Part shown: positions 60,352 through 64,000 of the stretch, piece after piece
How positions within the stretch are numbered: position 1 is the first letter of the stretch
Layout of the letters: each line of letters begins with the position of its first letter
Source of the DNA: Rhynchopus sp. YZ270_cl-10
Taxonomy: Eukaryota
Assembly: GCA_964035575.1 (NCBI GenBank)
Contig: OZ037842.1
Location: forward strand, 496,001-560,000
Reading direction: 5' to 3'
DNA length: 64,000 nucleotides
Position numbers and translations under genes: made by a program
The notes under the pieces: generated by a model
Database searches by the model: none
What the model was told of the DNA's origin: nothing
What the model saw: only the letters and a program-made list of their open reading frames with translations

Positions 60352-61317
60352 TCACGGAGCATCTCCCATGAGGGTGATCTGCACTAACGCCACATCCGGC
60401 GACCGCTCAAACCCTCTGCAGCAGAGCGGGATGTCTTCGGAGGGGATCTTCACTGAGTGGAGGCCGTGCGTGGGGATGCTGTTCAGGAAGTGCTCTACTG
60501 GGGGCTCTGAGTCGGTCATGATCTGTCCGGAACGACGGTCGTACGCTACGTAACAGATCGACGCATTGAGAGGGTTCACCAGCGCACCGTGGAGGTGCGC
60601 GGTAAGGAACCCCAAAAACTGATCTGTCACATCATTGTCAAAGATAACATCCGCAGCAATGAGACACCGTACCTTGCAGGCCAGGTCCTCCTGCTTCCAC
60701 CCATCCTCACCCTGACGCACTGCAACCTCCCTCGAACCCCATGCAAAGTCAAATCTCTTCACCTCAATATGCGGAGAGCCGTTCTCCTCCACTTCTGCCT
60801 CCAAATTCCGCAGAACGGAGCTCTGTGAATCGCTCGCCCAGCTCCGCACACCAAGCTTTGACAGCAACAACGAGGGCAGAGCCACCCCAGCGCCAAGCTC
60901 CCATACGACCCCAGACTCATCTTGCATTGAAGTGATGTAGTCTGTTAATAAGAGGGAACAGCGCCAGAGTTGGAGGCCTACATCCGAAAAGGTGCTTTCG
61001 TTTTTGTGAAGAATGCGGACAGCGTGGGTGCCGTGGGGTGTTGCAACGGAGACGTCGGTGTGGAGTGTGTCTGATGTTGTGGTCGGGTTGAGGTGGGACG
61101 CAATGTGGAGTGCAGATATGACAGTGGCCTCGTCGGTCTCGTTGTGCTGTCGTGGCGCGTGGCATTCCGGTGCATGTCCACACCTATCGCAAAGCTCGGA
61201 ACTATCAAAGTACATCGCATCCCAGTCCTTCTCCGTGAGCTGTCGTTTCCACTCTTCGTACACATCCTCGCCAGGTAGGTATTTGAGGCAGGGGCAGGAG
61301 GGCGCAGTGCACTTCAT
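60352..61317 (-). CDS. Methyltransferase family 16 (METTL22-like) SAM-dependent protein methyltransferase
   Basis: 321-aa ORF with DVGLQLWRCSLLL, motif I VWELGAGVALP and IAADVIFD (DxxY/F); Cys/His-rich N-terminal extension. Confidence 0.75.
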   Translation of the reverse strand: MKCTAPSCPCLKYLPGEDVYEEWKRQLTEKDWDAMYFDSSELCDRCGHAPECHAPRQHNETDEATVISALHIASHLNPTTTSDTLHTDVSVATPHGTHAVRILHKNESTFSDVGLQLWRCSLLLTDYITSMQDESGVVWELGAGVALPSLLLSKLGVRSWASDSQSSVLRNLEAEVEENGSPHIEVKRFDFAWGSREVAVRQGEDGWKQEDLACKVRCLIAADVIFDNDVTDQFLGFLTAHLHGALVNPLNASICYVAYDRRSGQIMTDSEPPVEHFLNSIPTHGLHSVKIPSEDIPLCCRGFERSPDVALVQITLMGDAP

Positions 61318-61783
61318 TGTAATGTTTGGTGTAAATTTAGAAAATTAGAAAATTAGAAGAAAAGAGGAAAGATGTGTGTGTGTGTGTAAATATGCTGGTC
61401 GTTATGTGTGTTTGAAAAGGCAGGGGGGTAAGCAATTCCCAAAACGCTCCCTGGAGAAAAGCGAATCAAATAAATTCGATTTGGAATACAATGTCTGGCT
61501 GTGTACCTTGGTCCCCAGTACCCCGGGGATCTGAATGTGGACCCGAACCATGGCTGTCCTTACATTTGGAATTGAAAAGGGGGTAAAAAAGAAAACGTTT
61601 ATTTTTACCTATTATCCTCAACGAGGCCGAAAGGTGTGGATGGTAGTGGGTCAGACTGTTCGTCAAACATTTTTAAAAGTTCAAAAACGTTGAACCAACA
61701 AGTTCAAATATCTATAAACAAAATCGAAATGCATTACACATTTTGAAAAATGCATAATGCTTGAACGATGTCAGAAAATGCCG

Positions 61784-63019
61784 TCAGAAATACTCTCGCC
61801 CAACGGTGTTGTGTGGTGGGAACGGCTGTGCTTTCCAGTGTGCATGGTCCTCTGCGGTTGCGGCATCGATGCAGAAGGGCCCATCACAGTGTTTGTGGTA
61901 TTCTGTGCAGGCACGCTTGTAGAAGTACGCCAGCTCTTTTGGAAGGGATTTGAATGTTTTACTGTAAAGCGTTAACATATGCTCGAAAACGTGCAGTGCA
62001 CCAAGCTTGACGTAGGCGTGGAGAATCGCGCGCCAGAGCTTTAGGTCGCTGCGCATGTTTGCAGCTATTTCTTCATCCTTGACATAAATCTCAATACACT
62101 CCGTCATGAACGCAGCGAGCAACGTGGTTGGCCCTTTTGCATGCAACTTACAGAGATGAATGTAATAGACGAGCAGACCTTGCACCTGTTTGTTGGCAGC
62201 ATCTGATTCGCTGGTGCGCAGCTGCCGGATGCAGCCTCGGAGGTGGTCCTTTGCGAACCGGAGTTTCCCTGCTGGGATCGCTGCTGCAGTCATTATGTTA
62301 AATTCCACCGGATGGCTGAGACGGGTGAAACCGTTTTGCTCAACAAGCCTACGGGATTCACGCGTCCTCCCAGTAGCCGCATAGGCAAGCAACGTTGCAC
62401 GCACCCACTCCGGCGACGACGCCACCCCTGCAGCAGAGAACCGACGCAACACTTCTTTCAACTCCTCCTGCCGTGTCACCTGCTCCATTGCACAGATCAA
62501 CAGCTTGCTGCGATGTGGGTCCTCTAGCACCACTGCCACATTCTCATTCACTTGCGAATGAGCATGCAATTCGTTTACATGCTGGATAAGCTGCAACGTG
62601 GCGGATATAGGCGCCCCTGCAGCTTGGAGTCCCTTCGCAACTATGTGGTAGTGTGGGAAGCTTGGGGCGATATCTTCGTTGGCCATGACAGAACGTACTT
62701 TGGCGATTCCTTCTAGCTCACCGCGTAGGGCGTAGGCAAGGAGGAGAGGCGCAGCAAGACGGCGGGTGATGCGGAGATTGGTTTTGCGTAAGGTGTGCCA
62801 GCAGTTGTAGGCGGAGTGCAGCTTCGCGAAGGTGCTCATAGCAGCAAAGGCACTGCGTTGCCCCACCACATAGCGTTCGGTATTGCGTTGTACAGAGACA
62901 AAGGCGGCACTAAACTGTGCAAGCTCGTAGACACGTTCGTGTTCGTTCAACTGCTTCCAGTTGCCTTTCTTAAATAAGGTTGCAATATGCTCGCTGGTTT
63001 GCAAATCGTCTAGTTGCAT
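61784..63019 (-). CDS. Hypothetical alpha-helical repeat protein (possibly PPR-like); may have upstream exons
   Basis: 411-aa ORF with coding-like composition; repeat-like segments such as WVRATLLAYAATG, FNIMTAAAIPAG, WRAILHAYVKLG. Confidence 0.55.
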   Translation of the reverse strand: MQLDDLQTSEHIATLFKKGNWKQLNEHERVYELAQFSAAFVSVQRNTERYVVGQRSAFAAMSTFAKLHSAYNCWHTLRKTNLRITRRLAAPLLLAYALRGELEGIAKVRSVMANEDIAPSFPHYHIVAKGLQAAGAPISATLQLIQHVNELHAHSQVNENVAVVLEDPHRSKLLICAMEQVTRQEELKEVLRRFSAAGVASSPEWVRATLLAYAATGRTRESRRLVEQNGFTRLSHPVEFNIMTAAAIPAGKLRFAKDHLRGCIRQLRTSESDAANKQVQGLLVYYIHLCKLHAKGPTTLLAAFMTECIEIYVKDEEIAANMRSDLKLWRAILHAYVKLGALHVFEHMLTLYSKTFKSLPKELAYFYKRACTEYHKHCDGPFCIDAATAEDHAHWKAQPFPPHNTVGREYF

Positions 63020-63138
63020 TTTCTCATTTGAGGGGGAAGGGGTTATAAGATGAACCTAAGTCTCGTGATTGGGCGACTTAAACACAAGGCTCTGGAGAGG
63101 TAGGGTAGTTGTGGGAGAAGAAGAGAAGAGAAGGGGAT

Positions 63139-63266
63139 GGGGGTGGTGGGGTGGTGGGGTGGTGGGGTGGTGGGGTGGTGGGGTGGTGGGGTGGTGGGGT
63201 GGTGGGGTGGTGGGGTGGTGGGGTGGTGGGGTGGTGGGGTGGTGGGGTGGTGGGGTGGTGGGGTGG
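63139..63266. repeat. (GGGGTGGT)n satellite, ~16 units
   Basis: Perfect tandem octamer abutting the terminal repeat of the retroelement. Confidence 0.95.
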
Positions 63267-64000
63267 TGTGGGGTTTATGATCGTACTCCTAGTGGTCAAA
63301 AGAAATCAAAATAAAAAACAATAACAACAAAGGGAGAGTGAGGGAGGAATCAGTTATCAATTGGCACCGTTAGTGCGAAATGTACGTGCGGGGAGGAGCT
63401 AGAGTGGGGAAAACGGAAAAAGCGAAAAATGAATTTTTTCTGCTGAAAATGGTGGTATTTTGTTTTTCCCAGCCCTCCCCGGTTCCTACCCTGCCAAAGC
63501 AGGAGGTAAAAAGAAATAGCAGCCCGACGCCCACCTTTTTTGTTTAAAGTACTCTCAAACCCCACATAACGCACTTCCAGTGCCTTACAGTGCTGCTATA
63601 TGTGGGGTTTATGATCGTACTCCTAGTGGTCAAAAGAAATCAAAATAAAAAACAATAACAACAAAGGGAGAGTGAGGGAGGAATCAGTTATCAATTGGCA
63701 CCGTTAGTGCGAAATGTACGTGCGGGGAGGAGCTAGAGACCCTTCGCGTCGGCGCTGCGCACCCCCCCGACACAGAAAGTCACGTTCTCTGCACACCGCG
63801 GTATGCGTGCGGACCCCGAGGATCTCTTCCTCGACCAAGAGTCCGCCGGTATCACCTCTGTCGAGATCCACTCCACGTGCAACGTCATCTTCGCCGCCTG
63901 CAGTCCGGAGAAGATTCTGCGCAGGATGTCGTTGCCCAGACGAGTCTTGGTGTGTCCCTTTTGCAGGACGAGTCGCACCGCATCGTTATCGACCCACAGG
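63267..64000 (-). mobile_element. 3' end of a tyrosine-recombinase (DIRS/Ngaro/VIPER-like) retrotransposon: RNase H C-terminus plus split direct repeats
   Basis: Minus frame reads LWVDNDAVRLVLQKG...LHVEWISTEVIPADSWSR (DIRS-type RNase H motifs); 138-bp direct repeat at 63601-63738 and 63267-63404. Confidence 0.7.

Noticed and set aside
1..64000. tRNA, rRNA or spliced-leader RNA genes
   Set aside because: None recognised by eye; a covariance-model scan would be needed to exclude them.

Overview
Eukaryotic (intron-containing, repeat-rich) genomic DNA; a protist origin, possibly euglenozoan/diplonemid, is an inference. All recognisable host genes are on the minus strand. The main feature is a tandem array of six ~850-aa receptor-type genes (TM - variable extracellular domain - TM - HAMP - class III nucleotidyl-cyclase-like domain) whose cyclase domains lack key catalytic residues. 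It is followed by a 4-exon Yip1-family gene, a METTL22-like methyltransferase, an unknown helical-repeat protein and the 3' end of a DIRS/Ngaro-type retroelement. The spacers are packed with mobile DNA: an intact DD37E Tc1-like transposon, more than ten non-autonomous TIR elements with readable target-site duplications (hAT-, CACTA/EnSpm-, MULE-, piggyBac- and TA-type, nested up to 10.6 kb), many strand-locked short retroposon-like 3' ends with a conserved RNA hairpin, and long 6-8 nt satellites. Three signals stand out: (i) the pseudo-cyclase receptor array with a nucleotide-identical TM/HAMP hinge and patchwork sensor domains, (ii) C-GNA-G triloop DNA hairpins with varying stems shared by unrelated TIR elements, and (iii) about 17 co-oriented copies of a ~35-nt hairpin. 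All coordinates and alignments were read by eye.
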